Assembly (NCBI RefSeq): GCF_009914755.1
Contig: NC_060932.1
Source: the human T2T-CHM13v2.0 reference genome, Homo sapiens
DNA: 64,000 bases
Reading direction: 5' to 3' (one strand)
Positions 14,494-28,024 of this stretch are shown here, in pieces. The stretch's first letter is position 1. Every line of letters begins with the position of its first letter. A model generated the notes under the pieces. It saw only the letters and a program-made list of their open reading frames with translations. It made no database searches and had not been told where the DNA came from. Position numbers and translations under genes: made by a program.

Positions 14494-16597
14494 GGCTGAC
14501 AGATCCCCAGATGCTATAAACAAACTAGAACGAAACAAATAAAGATAAATTACAAGGGGATTAAGGGTCTATAAAAAGCATGAAAACCCGGACAGAAGCA
14601 CCACCCCTATTCTTAAAGAATAAACTAGCAGTATCCTAGAATAGAAAAGACAAATGAACAACTGGATAAAAGAACTATCTTAATTTCTCATTCAATTCAA
14701 AATAAAAATTGGAGTTAAGTTTAAACAAATTCTATTTCAAGTTAATATTTTAAAATTAAAAATAAAAGGAGTTGATCATCTAAGAGTAATAGTTATCTGT
14801 ATGGTAGTTTATCATTAGCAATGATCAAAACTTTAGGGCATGGACCCTAGGCAAAAGAGACTGAGGTATCACATCAACTATTTCATACCTGGTTAAATTT
14901 ACATACTTCTTATATATGAGCACACACATAATTTATCAACAAGCTTAAGGAATTTTTCCTATTAACTAAAAGAGAGAAGAATAAAGAGAGAAAATGCTTC
15001 TTATAAGTATTTATAACCTAAAGCACTTATTCGATGACTGTTTTGACATGACAATAGACTAGAATTTGTCCTCGGAATACTTAGGTCTAATTCTTTGGAA
15101 CAAACAACAGCAATATTCCTCTATAAAGACAGGCCTATAAAGGTTGTAAGAATCATAGAATTCTAGAATAACGAGAAGATAATAATGGCTTTTAAATCTG
15201 TAAATATAATGAATCTATAAGAAAACATTTAACTTTATATTAAACTATATTTGGATCATTAATAAAGTAATATTTTTAATTTAATATACTCATAATATTT
15301 TTTCTATTTCGAAAGGCTTATAAAATAAAACTATATTATTCATTTTATTATCATTGGAACAAAAATCAAATATTTAAAATGGCACTCTTACAAGTTATTT
15401 CTACTTTCAAGACTCTGCCCCAGTTTAAATAGTCTCACCTGTGTTTAGCAAATGATAGGCAATTATTTCATTCTATAATAAACAAATTAACATTTATGAA
15501 AAGAACATTTCTAAATCTATTTAGGTTCCCTGTATCTCCCAAATTAATTGTTAGAACTAAGCAAAACTAAAGTGTCCCTTATTTTATACTGTAAATGCCT
15601 TTCAGCAAACACTGAATTCAAAGTTCCCTACATAAAATTACAGATTTTTCTTTTCACACAGATAAGGCTAGTGTCTTATTTTTCACTGAAATAAGGAAAC
15701 AAAACATGTCCCATTTTCTTTATCATAATCAGTGTCAATCAGTGAAGTCATTACTTCCTTAATCAGAAAAAAAAAAAACACAAATCAACTCTAACACAAA
15801 GTAGGGTAGAGCTATGGAATTGGGTGTTTTTCTTAAAGATCAATACACTGACCACAAGGTCTGAATGCAGAATTTTTTTTCTGAATCCCTATGATGTTGA
15901 AATCAAATGTAAGCCATTTCATGATGTTTTAATGCAAACAAATTGGCTACATTTTTTTTGTTTTTTACGCAAATAATTGGATTTAGGATCTTGTGAAAAA
16001 AATTACTCTTTATATTTTGTTTTGAACAGCCGTCTTTATTTTGTGTTTCCGCAGCTCTGAAATGCATGGGAATGAGAAGCCTCCTCCTTCCACGCTTCCC
16101 TGCTCTGGTTTGTTTAAAGCTTCCCTCATCATCTACTACTAACAAAACTGTGGTAAGGGCATCCACTATTTGGTGGGACTATTACTCTGTTTGAGGCTAT
16201 AATTTTTGTTCCAGTAACTAACACTTCATTAAGTTGAAAATCTTTCATTATGAAAGGAAATATTCACAAAGAATTCAACCAATGAATGGAAAATTACTGT
16301 TTCCAACTGGTTTGATTCAGACTAAATGTAAAACTTATTAATGAAATTGGTTTATGTTTTGGATTTCTTAAATTTTTTAATCATAGGAGAATGAAGACGG
16401 AAGTTATTTTTGTAAGCTTTTAAGTTTACCACAGAGAAGCACAAATGGCATATAAAAATACTTAATTACTCTTTAAAATGTCTTAGCTTCTATTTCACTG
16501 GAACTGAATGCAAACATATGCTTTGTTTTCTTTTCTTTTTTTAAGTATTATATCCTGGACTTTATGCTCCCATTTAAGCATAGAAATTCAGCCTTGT

Positions 16598-16990
16598 TTC
16601 ATTTCATTCATCCGTTCAACAACTATTTACTAAGCACACACTTTGTTCAAAGCATTGAACTAGAAATATTAAGGTAAACAAAATTGGCGTCCATTCTTCC
16701 CTGGGGAACTAATATTTTAAGACGTGATAGAGAAATTACATCAGTCAAGGTTATTTTATTACAATCATTATAAGTGGCATGAAGGTGAAGTATACAGTGC
16801 TAAGAATGCTCCTCCAAAGAAATATCACTTAAATAACTGGAGAATGAGCAAGTCTGGCTTAGGTGAAGGAGGAGGAATTAAAAAAAGATAGTTAATAAGC
16901 ATAGATACCCTGAGGGGAGAAATAGCATGACTTATTTGTGAAATTTGGAGAAAAAAAAAAAAGAAGAAAGCTACTGAAGCTAGAACACAA
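16598..16990 (-). mobile_element. L2 3' fragment
   Basis: ttcattcatccgttcaacaactatttactaagcacacactttgttcaaagcattgaactag is the antisense L2 terminus. Confidence 0.7.
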
Positions 16991-17009
16991 AGAACAAAGT
17001 GGAATTGAG

Positions 17010-17205
17010 TATTGACTCTAGAGTCAAACCTTAGCTCAATAATCACTTCCAGGTTATGTGATCTTGAGGAACCTCAATTTCCTCATTTATCAGAACGGAT
17101 AATAATATCAACTCTGTCATTGTTACAAGGATTAAAGAGTTAACATACTTAAAAGCTGATGATGGTGTCAGGCGCATAGGAAATACTGTAGAAATGTTAG
17201 CCCTT
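17010..17205 (+). mobile_element. MIR
   Basis: cctcaatttcctcatttatcagaacggataataatatcaac...gttacaaggattaaagagttaacatacttaaaagc is the MIR core and 3' part. Confidence 0.75.
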
Positions 17206-20034
17206 TTATTATAAGGTTGACATAATCCAAATGAGAATCTAAATATATATGTTATTTATTGCACATTTTCTTCTCTGAACTATATCCTCAGTTATAGAAT
17301 AGGATAAATAGGATGAGAAAAGGATTCTTTGTTTATCACAACAGATGTTGAACGCTTTAAAGAGATGGGCATCACCGCCGAAGCACCTGTGTACATTTTC
17401 AAAATGTCCTTTGCAATGATCTCTCACACTGCAGTCCCAGGAAATTCAGCTTTTGTTTTTGTGGTGGTGGTCATCATTACCATTGTTATTAGTAGTTTTA
17501 GTTTTGCTTCAACAATGTTAAATCTTTGTTTTGTTTTCTCTATCTACAACGTCTAGAATTAAGCTTTACTAGCATTGCCAGACTCTTATATAGTAATAAT
17601 TCTTTTAGATTAAAGTAAATGTAGTCATAGGGTGTGAACATGTTTTATTAAAAAAGAATAATACTATATAAACATATGCATGTGTTTTTTAATCAAATTA
17701 TAAGCTTTAAGCTTCAGTGTTGATTTTTACGGTTTTACTTCTTTCCTCCCTGCTTTTCTTCTTTATGTTCTTCCTTCCATTCCTCCTATTTAATGTCTAT
17801 TCCTTACTATGTAGAAAACATAAGCCATACCCCTCCTGTTTCTTTTGTGTTTTTGGCTATTCAAATGTAATTAGACTTATTTTGTTGATCAGTTATTTTC
17901 TCTTTCTTGTTTGTCTATGAAGACTATAACATTTTGGGCCTTTCAAATGTAGAAGGATTAGCAAAGCCCTTCATTTTAATGTCATTTGTTACATGCAGGA
18001 GCTGATTCCAGCCCTGTTCTCTGACCTGAGGTCATAAAATTTTCACATATAGCCTATAAATGTAGAATTTACTACAGAGCCCAGCAAACCGACTGATAGT
18101 GATGTTCTTAGTCCAAGTACTTATCTGACATTCCTAGTGCAACAGAAATTCAGACTCTGGACAAATCCCTCTGTGCTTTCTTGGAAAGAGTCCCAGCTTT
18201 ACTGATGTTCACTCAGGAAGAGATTCAGGATTTTTCTAAATTTATCTGAAAATGAAACCACTCAGGGGAGTGACTACAATCCATTTATAGTCTGGTTCTA
18301 CATGAACATCTATCTTGAACTTTGCTTACAATTATGATAGACTGAAAGTATTCACTCCTGAAGCCCAAACTAATACTTTTCCTATTTGGTTTCCAAATTC
18401 TGTGTTAGGGCTTTCATTAAAGGCTTCCAAAACCGTATAGTTCCTCAGTTATCTTAATTTTAAATATGAGATGCTTTTATAAATTATAGGAAACATCATG
18501 TACTATCTCACTCCTAAGTTTGTTCTACATTTTTTTCTGATTATAAAATTAATAATAGATAATTATAAAAAAGTAAGAAATCATAGTAACACACATCCAT
18601 CGTAAACCGTTTTTAGGAAGATTCATTGTGAATGTTTCAGCCTATTTTTTTGTTTCTAAAATATTTTAAATACCAGTGATTTTTTTCATGTAAACACCAG
18701 AAAAATAGTATTTATTCATTCAAAATTAAACCTACCATCTATATTCACCTACTCTCCCCAATAGAATGCATTGATTTTTCTTAATCTTTGTAGCATTTTA
18801 AAATGTAAAGGAAGACAGTTTCCCTTACAGATGCCACCATTTCCAAGGGAATGTATTTTTCTACTTTAAAAAAGTACAATAAGAAAGCTACACATTAAAA
18901 TCAATAACCCTCTTTAGACAGTTAGTAGGAGAGAAAGAAGCCTTAAGCTGAGCAAAGAAACAAGGTAGTATTTTTTTTCTGGATTGCTGCATTAAAAAAA
19001 TTAAATAAAATAAATAAAATGAAGTCGATAAGCTCCCCTTGACTTTTTACTCTCCTTGATGTTTTACTCTGCCAAGAAATTTTGCCATCTTGGTTAAATT
19101 ATATGTCATAATTCTGGTGTATTTTAAGTAAAATTGCACACCAAGTAATTGTGGTTGAATGTGGGTCCATCTATTCAGAGATTTTTATAAACACCTACAA
19201 ATATCTGAAGTATATTAACTGTGACTATATTTGTTCAGTGAAGAAATGGCATTTCTGTTTGTCACATATGGGAATATGATCACATCCAGATAAAGGCTAA
19301 TGTTGTCTCATTTCTAAAATGCACAATCGATTTCACCATAAGGGGCTATGTCTACAAAAATCACACCTAAATAAAAAGAATGAAAAAATTACTTTGGGGT
19401 TATTTAGTAATTTTTGAACTCCTCTGATTTATTCATAGGAAGAGCAAATTTTGTAAAAAACAAAGACCAGAGTCAAGAAATCATATTTTACATCCTTTTC
19501 TGTCCTTTATCTTAGGTTAACCAGAGGCAGAATTGCTAAAAAAAATTGTTTTTATTTTTGTCTTCTTCCTTTGATGTCCATGGAACATAAAATAAATACA
19601 CAGTGGGATGTTGCAATTACTCCAAATAACTATTGAAACCTAATGACTCTACAGTCTTTACAGTTATTGGCCAACAATCTTGAATATGTTTAGGACCTCA
19701 CTCAATTTACACGTGATTTCTGCTTTAGTACAAGGAAAATAATAACCAAAGAGTTAATATTGTCAGTATATTTGCTAGACATAACACTGGGCTATCAATT
19801 GTTCTAGCCAGGTTCTAAAATTATGGAATGCAACTTGAGGTGGGTGTAGGAGAGAGTTGCCATTAGCAGGTAGGAGGGAAAAATCCATTGAAATAAGTCA
19901 CATCTTGCATAGCTTTTCCTATGGGACTAGCATTTTGACCATGATTGCTTGGGTTCTCTAACACCTACTGCCTCTTCTTCGTCTTCTCTTCCATCATGTG
20001 AAATAATAATCTTCATATTTTCATCATGTAGACC

Positions 20035-20260
20035 AGCGCTCTACACATTGGGGTGTGTGGTACAAAATCACTCATTTGGGAATGAGGAGAAAATAGTAAA
20101 ACTTCTATTTATATTGATCTTTGTCTAAAAACTAAAAAAAAAATCTTTTAATATTTACTATGTGGATTGACATTGGCACAAGCATGTAATATATAAATAA
20201 GTATACATTTATGAGAAATATATACTTTAACATTTTTACTATAGAGGCAAAAATTAAGGT
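20035..20260. mobile_element. MER113-like hAT-Charlie element
   Basis: tcactcatttgggaatgaggagaaaatagtaaaacttctatttatatt resembles the recalled MER113 consensus. Confidence 0.5.
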
Positions 20261-20489
20261 GTGAGAGTGTTCATCTCTACTGGTAACTAATACAGCTTTG
20301 TTAAAAATACGCTTGGGAAGATGAGCAAAAACTCTCCCTGCCCCACCCCCACTAGCCTTCCACAAAGAAGGAAGCTTGTTTCTAGTGGACTGCTCATAAA
20401 GCAAGGCACGCTTCTATAAGGGGCTTCTCATAAGAGAGAGTATTTTATGCTTGAGTGAGGAGTTTTCTGGCTGTATTTCTGCAAGGACT

Positions 20490-21039
20490 TTTATGACAGT
20501 CTCCAAAATGACCCCACCTCCTAAGACTCATGAGTTTGTGTAGTCTCCCTTCTACATAGAAAACGGCTGACCTGTGCAACCCATACTGTATTGAATAAAT
20601 CATAGTGCACAACTTCCAAAGGGTAATAAAAGACATAGTGATTTCCATTTTGCTCTCTTGGATCATTTTCTCTGGGAAAATTAGTTGCCATGCAAATATG
20701 CTCCAGTAGCCCTGGTGTGAGGAACTAAGACTTCCTGGAACATCCAGCAAGGAAATGAGACCTCCCAGCCACGGCAAGTCAGCAACTGACACCTCCTCCC
20801 AACAGCTCTGGGAATGAGGCATCTTGGAAGCAAATCCACCAGCCTCCGTCAGGTCTTCTGATGACTGTGGACCGGGCCAGCAGCTTGACTACAGCTTTAA
20901 GAAAGACACTGAGCCAGCCCATCTGGCTTAACTCCTCCTGAATTACTGACCCACAGAAACTCTAAACTAATATAAGTTCACTGCTTTCATCTGCTAAGTT
21001 TTGGGGTAATTTGTTACTAAGCAATATATAATTAATATA
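20490..21039 (+). mobile_element. MLT1F-like MaLR solo LTR
   Basis: ccaaaatgacccc...tgaggaactaagacttcctg...catcttggaagcaaatccaccagcctcc...ctgacccacagaaact...gctaagttttggggtaatttgttac. Confidence 0.85.
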
Positions 21040-21589
21040 TTTTGCTCCATAATTGCTACTCAAACACATAATTTGAATATAAATGTTAAAACACTGGACA
21101 TACCAAATTAAAATAATCATAAAAATAAATACCCTCCTCTGACATTTAACATTGTGATGTCCCTAAAAAGTTGAGAAGGAAAACTGATGAATAAGCTTAA
21201 GAGAGATGATTCTTTCTATTTATTACAATGGGATCTCAAAGAACAGAAGACAAATTATCAAAGTACATTTAATATTTGTTTACTCTCCAAAATTTTGCCA
21301 AAGTCTTTAGTTAATAAAATTCTTCCTAATTCTAATGTCTCAAAAAGGCATATAATACCCCAGTTTTGCTCTATTAGTCAGTGAGAATAATAGGATTTCA
21401 TTTCTACTTCTCCGAAAGCTATGCACACTGCCAATTTTTCACATTTTAATCTCTTTTTGAAGCTTGAGGAAAGACGGCTACTGCTATATGACTGCGTTAA
21501 TCCTATATTCCCTCAGCAGTTAAATGTATTGTTTAATCAATATGGATCTCATATAATCTAAGAACATTTTTCAATTAATTTTTCAAACA

Positions 21590-21725
21590 TGTTTTTAATC
21601 CTCTCTCAACAGACCAAATGATTCTTGATAAAAGGATGATAGGTCTTGCTTTTCTGTTGTTCTCAGAGTGACCAGAAATATGTTCTGCATACAGTAAGGG
21701 CCCAATCAATAAATGTGGTTAAGGA
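21590..21725 (+). mobile_element. L2 3' end fragment
   Basis: gcatacagtaagggcccaatcaataaatgtggttaa resembles the L2 terminus. Confidence 0.5.
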
Positions 21726-22149
21726 ACAGAGCAAAACAAATAACAGCAGGCTTCGGTAAGGAATTATATCTAATATAGTTCAAATAAAGTAAATTAGCAC
21801 AGATAAAATCATTTTGTGGGTCAAATCATGAACACACCAGCATAATGGACTATAAATATTTTAGTTAGGCTCACATTGACACTACAGTGTCAGAATCAGT
21901 CTTCTCCAGATTAAGCTATTATAATCAAGCTTCATAGCTATAACAAATAGCTATTTGTATTTTCAATAAGAAATTCAAAAATATAAGTTCAATTTTATTT
22001 AGTATCATTAAAAACATTGAACATTTAGTACCAGCATATTTAGGTGGTATTTTGCTTACATTTGAATGACTAAGCTTGTCTGCCCAGAGTTTCTGTAGGA
22101 GAATCACCGTGTCCACACGAGGCCCACATGTTTGATTACACAGTTGACC

Positions 22150-22585
22150 CACAGGTATTTAGATCAGATGTTTTCCAATGGGTCCCATTTATTGCTGGCC
22201 TGACACCTATAGTGTGGTTAGAAAAGATCAATTTGGCCAATCCATTCTTGTTTCACAATACTAGTTCATTAAACAAGGGATCATGCACACTAGTTTGTGT
22301 GATTATCATGCTAGGGCGTATGCAGACTCATGACAAAGAGAGAAAGCAAATTGATAATGGGAAACAACAACACAGAAGGCTCATTCAGAAAAGGAGAGGC
22401 AGGAGAGTCCTTGAGACTCTGAGACATGAGTCTTAGCTCTTGACTTTACTAATTTTGGTTTTATTTCACATGAAATTTGACAGTACCTCAGTAACTGTTC
22501 CTCCACTTTACAATAACTCTTCTAACCTGAGCGACTCTGAGTGGGTTTTTATTCCTTGTTCCAATAAAAAGCTGTGGCTGTGATA
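22150..22585 (+). mobile_element. Old ERVL-class LTR remnant (family uncertain)
   Basis: aataactcttctaacctgagcgactctgagtgggtttttattccttg resembles old ERVL LTR 3' ends. Confidence 0.35.
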
Positions 22586-22734
22586 TTCCTTTAGTTTAAA
22601 TATAGGGATAAATAGAAATATTACATTAGTAAAATAGCATCGATGAAGATGAATGCAGAGCTGCTTTGGAAGAATAAAAATGAAATAAACAACTTACTTT
22701 AACCTATTAGTCTCGTCAAGAAAAAAAAAACCTT

Positions 22735-23140
22735 TCCGTGGTAATCTCATTTACCATCATGTATTCAACAACTATAGATGTATAGATGATTCCTAACTCT
22801 AGTCTTCAATCCACATTCCTCTCCTAAGAAATTCAGATTGTCTCCTCAACCCATCTACCTAAATGTCTAATGGCATTTTACATTTAACAGGTAAAAATGT
22901 ACATTTATCATTCCCCTTAAATTAGTTATGTTTCAGTATTTTCTATCTTGGGTGACCTCACTGTCTTACCCAAGCTGAAATCTAAAATCCACTCTTGACT
23001 TCTTTGACTCCCTATTTCGGTCTTCTCCCTGGCGTCATATACCTAATATTTCAAGACTTACCGATTGACTTCCTTAATATTTCTGCAAAAATACACCCTC
23101 TTCTTCATTTCTAGTATTACTGCTCTAGGTTATCAGCTCT
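22735..23140 (+). mobile_element. L2 fragment
   Basis: gatgattcctaactctagtcttcaatcc...catctacctaaatgtctaatggcattttacatttaacag is the decayed L2 RT/3' region. Confidence 0.65.
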
Positions 23141-23369
23141 CCTCTGATGAGTCAAAGCAGAGGCAAATATGCTCGCTTACCTACATTTTCATGTACATAA
23201 AATTAGCAACCAAGTCAACTTTTCTCTTCCCTCCAAATAAAGCTGAGAACTGAAGGTATTGTATAACATAAGTGTTATTTTCTCCTCACTGTTGCTCCCA
23301 AACCATTTTTTTTCACCCATTTTCTCTCCAGTATCAACCATTGATTGTACCATGATGACAGTCCTGTCT

Positions 23370-25933
23370 TGTCATTATATCTTTTACCACTCCTCATTCT
23401 TTCTATCAACTAACTCCTAAGTCTTTCCCTTTATTTCTCATTGGTTTTAATGTTTGACACAGCTTCTTTCTTATATTTTGGTGATTTCAAAGTTCACCTA
23501 CAAGATCTTCCCAACATCCTAGTGTTAAATTTTTCTTCTTTAATTATTTTATTTGGCACATATCAACCTTACATTACCAAAAACAGCATATCCTTCATCT
23601 GAATTTCAAAATCCCACTTTCCGATCATCTCTTTTATTCTTCATTCACACCCTCTGGTACACCAATTCTAAAAATCTTTTACCAGCACCAGGACTCTCCA
23701 TTGATCCTACCAATATTTCATGCTCCTTATTCCACCTCCCCACTTTTCTGTTTTCCCAGCTTAGACCGTATTACACATCATTATAACTACGTCTTGGTAT
23801 ATGCTCTAAATTCCTTAGTCTTTCTCTCCTACCTTCTCACTGGCCTTGCATGATCCAAAGTCCTATAGAAATAAATTTTTTGCATGTGTATGTGTGCAGT
23901 TATTTTTTGTAAACAAGAGAAAATGTATTACCTTTATTTCAAAAAATAGTGGGATAGCAGTATTAAATACAATTATTTATATATTCTATGCTATGACTGA
24001 GTAGCTCAACGTGGTGAGGTAAAATGCACACATGCATTAAGCTCAAGTGGGTCCTTAAGGCTATATGGAAATTTATTTATTTTTCCCTAATCCATTCAAT
24101 CTCTTACTTTCCTAGATGACTATTTCATGCTTTGTCCTGTTTCCTCAAATCTTCAACACATCCTCCCCTCTTATTAATCTCTGATGAGAAAACAAAAGCA
24201 ATCAGAAAAGAAGCTTTATTTGCTGGTTTACTAATCTGCCTACATCTGAACTCACATATTTGTTTTTTCCTCCATCTAGAATAAATAAAATATTGGTGCA
24301 CTACTTAAGGCCCATCACTCCAGCTGGGCACCAGAACCCGTTAACTCCCTCTACTGAATAATACAATTTTAGCAATATTTTCAGGCTCTCTTCTCCCATT
24401 ACCTTGTTCCTCTCTATTGGGTAATCGCATCAGCCTACAAGCAGGCTGTGACATGCCCCCTCTTACAAAATAACTCTCCCTTAGGCACACATTTCTCTGC
24501 AGCTCTGTTACTGCCCCATGTCTTTGCTCTCCTATATTGCCAAACTCCTCAAAAGAGTGGCCTCATAATCCCCACCTCCAATTTAGCTTCCTATTTTCTC
24601 TTCAACTGACTTCAATCAGATTTCCAACACTGTAAGTTCACCATCTCAATGTCACCAACCTACACTATGCTAAATCCAGCCATGAATTCTCAATGTGTGT
24701 CTCATTTGACCCGTTGGCAGTATTTACACCCTCCCCTTCTTGAAAACTCATCATCACGTGTTTTGGGGGACTTCATATTGTCCTGGTTCTTCTTCTATCA
24801 CCTCAGACTTTATTACTGGTTTGCATTTATTCTATTCTCCCACACCACAGTTTTCATTGCCAATTTCTAAACAGCAAGTTCCCCCAAGAAACTGTCTTTG
24901 GACCTCTTCTCTATCTATAATCACTCCCCATGTGGGATTTCATCTAGTGTCAATATTTTATACACTTTTTACATGCTGGTTACTCCCAAATCTGTATCTC
25001 CAGGCTTGACATATATCCGTAATTCTTTACTTAAATAATCATTGATTTGTTCAACATGTTTACTTAATTGTTTATTTGACACCTCAAACTCAATGCATAG
25101 AATAAATTTTTCCCATAATCCCTAAAAAATTCCATTCTACGTGGATTATTTTTCACAAAAGTAAATAAATTACATTTATCCCATTCTTAGGTGAAAATGT
25201 TAGGAATATTTATTAAGTCTTATCATTCTCTCTCACTCTACCTCCAAGCTATCTGTAAATTCTGTTAGTGCAAAATCCAAAATATATTCAAAATTGGATT
25301 ATAGCCTCCTAAATGGTGTTCTATGCAACCTCCTTTGCTACCCCACATTTTTTCTTGCACTGAGCAACCAGAGATAATCTTTGACGAATTAAATTATACA
25401 TAATACTTCCACTCCAAAACCTTTTGAATGATTTTCCTTTCACTAGGAATAAAACTGGAAATTCTAGAGTATCCTACAAGACCAATATAATTAATGTCTC
25501 CTCCTCGTGACATCTGTGACTTTTGAATGTACCAAACATACTCCCACCTCAGAGCTTTGGCACTTGCTGTTACCTCCGCTCATAAGGCTCTTCTCCCAGA
25601 GATTTGCACTACTCACTCACTCTCTCTCTCTTATGTCTCTGCTGGCTCAAATAACAGAGGAGATCCCTAACCACCTGACCTAAAAGAGCAAATTTTACTT
25701 TAGGCATTCCTCGTCCTACTTACTCTTCTTTATTTCAGTCAATTGAACTTATCAGAATTTGACACATTATAAGGTTTTTATTTGTCAGTTTTCTATCTCC
25801 TCAAAATTCAAATATAAATTTCAAGGGGACAGGAAAATTATTTGTTAGTTGCGTTATCTCATATTCATTATGGTACCTGGTCTATATTAAGCAATGAATG
25901 AGTATTTGCTAAATTGAATGATAAGTGAATGAA
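23370..25933 (+). mobile_element. Long (~2.5 kb) L2 LINE remnant with 3' end
   Basis: CT-rich L2 ORF2 remnants (atattttggtgatttcaaagttcac, an ILGDF endonuclease-like motif); cctcagagctttggcacttgctgttacctc; terminal gcaatgaatgagtatttgctaaattgaatgataagtgaatgaa. Confidence 0.8.
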
Positions 25934-27024
25934 CTGACTCAAGAACAGCACAGCTGACCCGATTTTGCTGTAAACAAAAATGTTGCCTATGGACCCAACA
26001 GCATTTTGATGCAGTAAACATCTTCAAAATTGTATCTACAGTGAATACATTAGAAGTTATTATACCTTTTTTATCAAGTCTTTCAACATAGACCAATAGC
26101 CTAAGTAAAAATAATTTTACATGAGGCCAGTAAAACATATGCTAGGTACATACTTCTCTCATGATCTTGCTTAATTCAAAGACTAATTTAGAGTTCTAGA
26201 AAAATAAAACACAACATATTAGGATTACAATTTATTGTAAAAAAAAAATTAGAAAATATTGGCTGGCTGTGAGTTTGAGAATATAGTTCTTCCTGACAGG
26301 GACCTAGGAGGTAAGAACATCCTGCACCGATTAGTCAAGCACAAGTAGTTTTGTTCTCCTCTTGTGAAAGTTGAGGAACTTTTAAAAGATTCAGTGTGTA
26401 AATAAAAGAACACCCATTTTTTCCCAGATCTGAGCCAAGGGAGTATTCATGGACAAGGTCAAATTTCCCCAAACAAGTAATATGAATATACTCCAATAAA
26501 CCTGGATTATCTAATCCTTGAAATTATACATCATGAGAAAATGCAATAATTTGAACATATAAAATTAAAGCAATATTAATGTTGACCATTGAAAATGAGA
26601 AACTTGAAACAAAAGTTTTTATCATGTGACCTTCTGTTAAAATGTTTACAAAATGAGCTTTTCCTTGAGTTGCTTTACTATCAAGATTATAAGCTATAAA
26701 ACAGTAGAAAGATTGTTTTATATATAAAGATACTTGTATATATACTTTATATATAAAGATACTTGTGGAGAATCTCTACAAGTAGTTTGAGATAAGTTTG
26801 AGAAGTTAAACTCTTGTTTCTACCAGTTGCTTGTCAGCAGAATTGGCTTTTAAAGAGCTCTCCTCGTTCAGAAAAAAAGACACGTTGCTTGTACATGGAC
26901 ACACCAAAAAATATAAATAAGGTAATAAAGAACTAAGCTTTTATGTATAAACTAGTGGGGAATAAGTTCATATTAAAATAGGCAGAGAAAAGCATAAATT
27001 TGACTTTACTATCTCACCTTGAAT

Positions 27025-27255
27025 TAATAATAAAAGTGTAAGTTAACATCTGTACTTACTAAATGCCTGGAATTATCCTAAGCAGTTTTCAAATATTTTT
27101 ATATTAATCTAATAAAAGGATACATAGACAGGTGAGGACACTAAGGCTCGGACATTTTAAATAAATTGCCTCAAGTTACAGAGTTAATAAATAAAGAAGC
27201 CAGTTCCTGAACTGACAGTGGAAGCCTGTAAAACTAAGGCTTTTAACCAGGACAA
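27025..27255 (-). mobile_element. MIR
   Basis: acaggtgaggacactaaggctcggacattttaaataaattgcctcaagttacagagttaataaa is the antisense MIR core. Confidence 0.75.
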
Positions 27256-27999
27256 TCTGCAGTCTCCACCTTGAGGTGAGCACGGATGTCAGCAAGGCAA
27301 TTAAATAAAACTGTAAGAAAGCAATGGGGGGAAATTCAAAAGCTATCTACGTAAAATCAAGATCCAAGGAATGGAGAAATTATTTGTATTGTAACCTATA
27401 CCAAGGAAATAAATCAGGATAAAACTTCAAGGCAATGTCAAAGACAACAATGATTGAATAATATCCTCAGAGAGCAGCAGTGGTGGTGATTTATTAGTTC
27501 TGACCATGTCATCTTGTCATCTTGTCAAGAACACCCATTTGGAGCAGAGGAGAAAGAGTACAAAGAGATTTAGAGATAGATTTTCAGGGAAACTAATGCA
27601 CGAAGGATAAGAAGCATTTTGCCAGCAAGTCAAGAGAAGGAAAGGCATTTCAAAGAAAAAAGAAAACTGGGGCAAATGTATGGTTTAATGAAGAAAATAA
27701 CCCAGCAACTTCAGGAAATTGGTAGTGTGGATGGTGGCAGAGGAAGGGGTTTCTTGAGAGAAATATTGTCAGCTAGAAGGCTAACTTAGCTTCTGAACAA
27801 AACTTCCACATTTGTAAATTAATTAATATAGACAGCACCTTGCAAACCTAATCCTAGATTTAAGGTAGAGAAATTATATCATTTGTCCAAAGTGTCCAAG
27901 AAGTCTCAAAGTACATGCAAAGCGATTTGACCCTGGATAGGTTCTGGTAGTGATTCATTAGTTTGAAATCGTGAAGATAAAAGCAGAACCAAAAAATGC

Positions 28000-28024
28000 A
28001 AAAAAAAAAAAAAAAAAAAAAAAA
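28000..28024 (+). repeat. Poly(A) mononucleotide run (~25 nt)
   Basis: Read directly. Confidence 0.9.
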
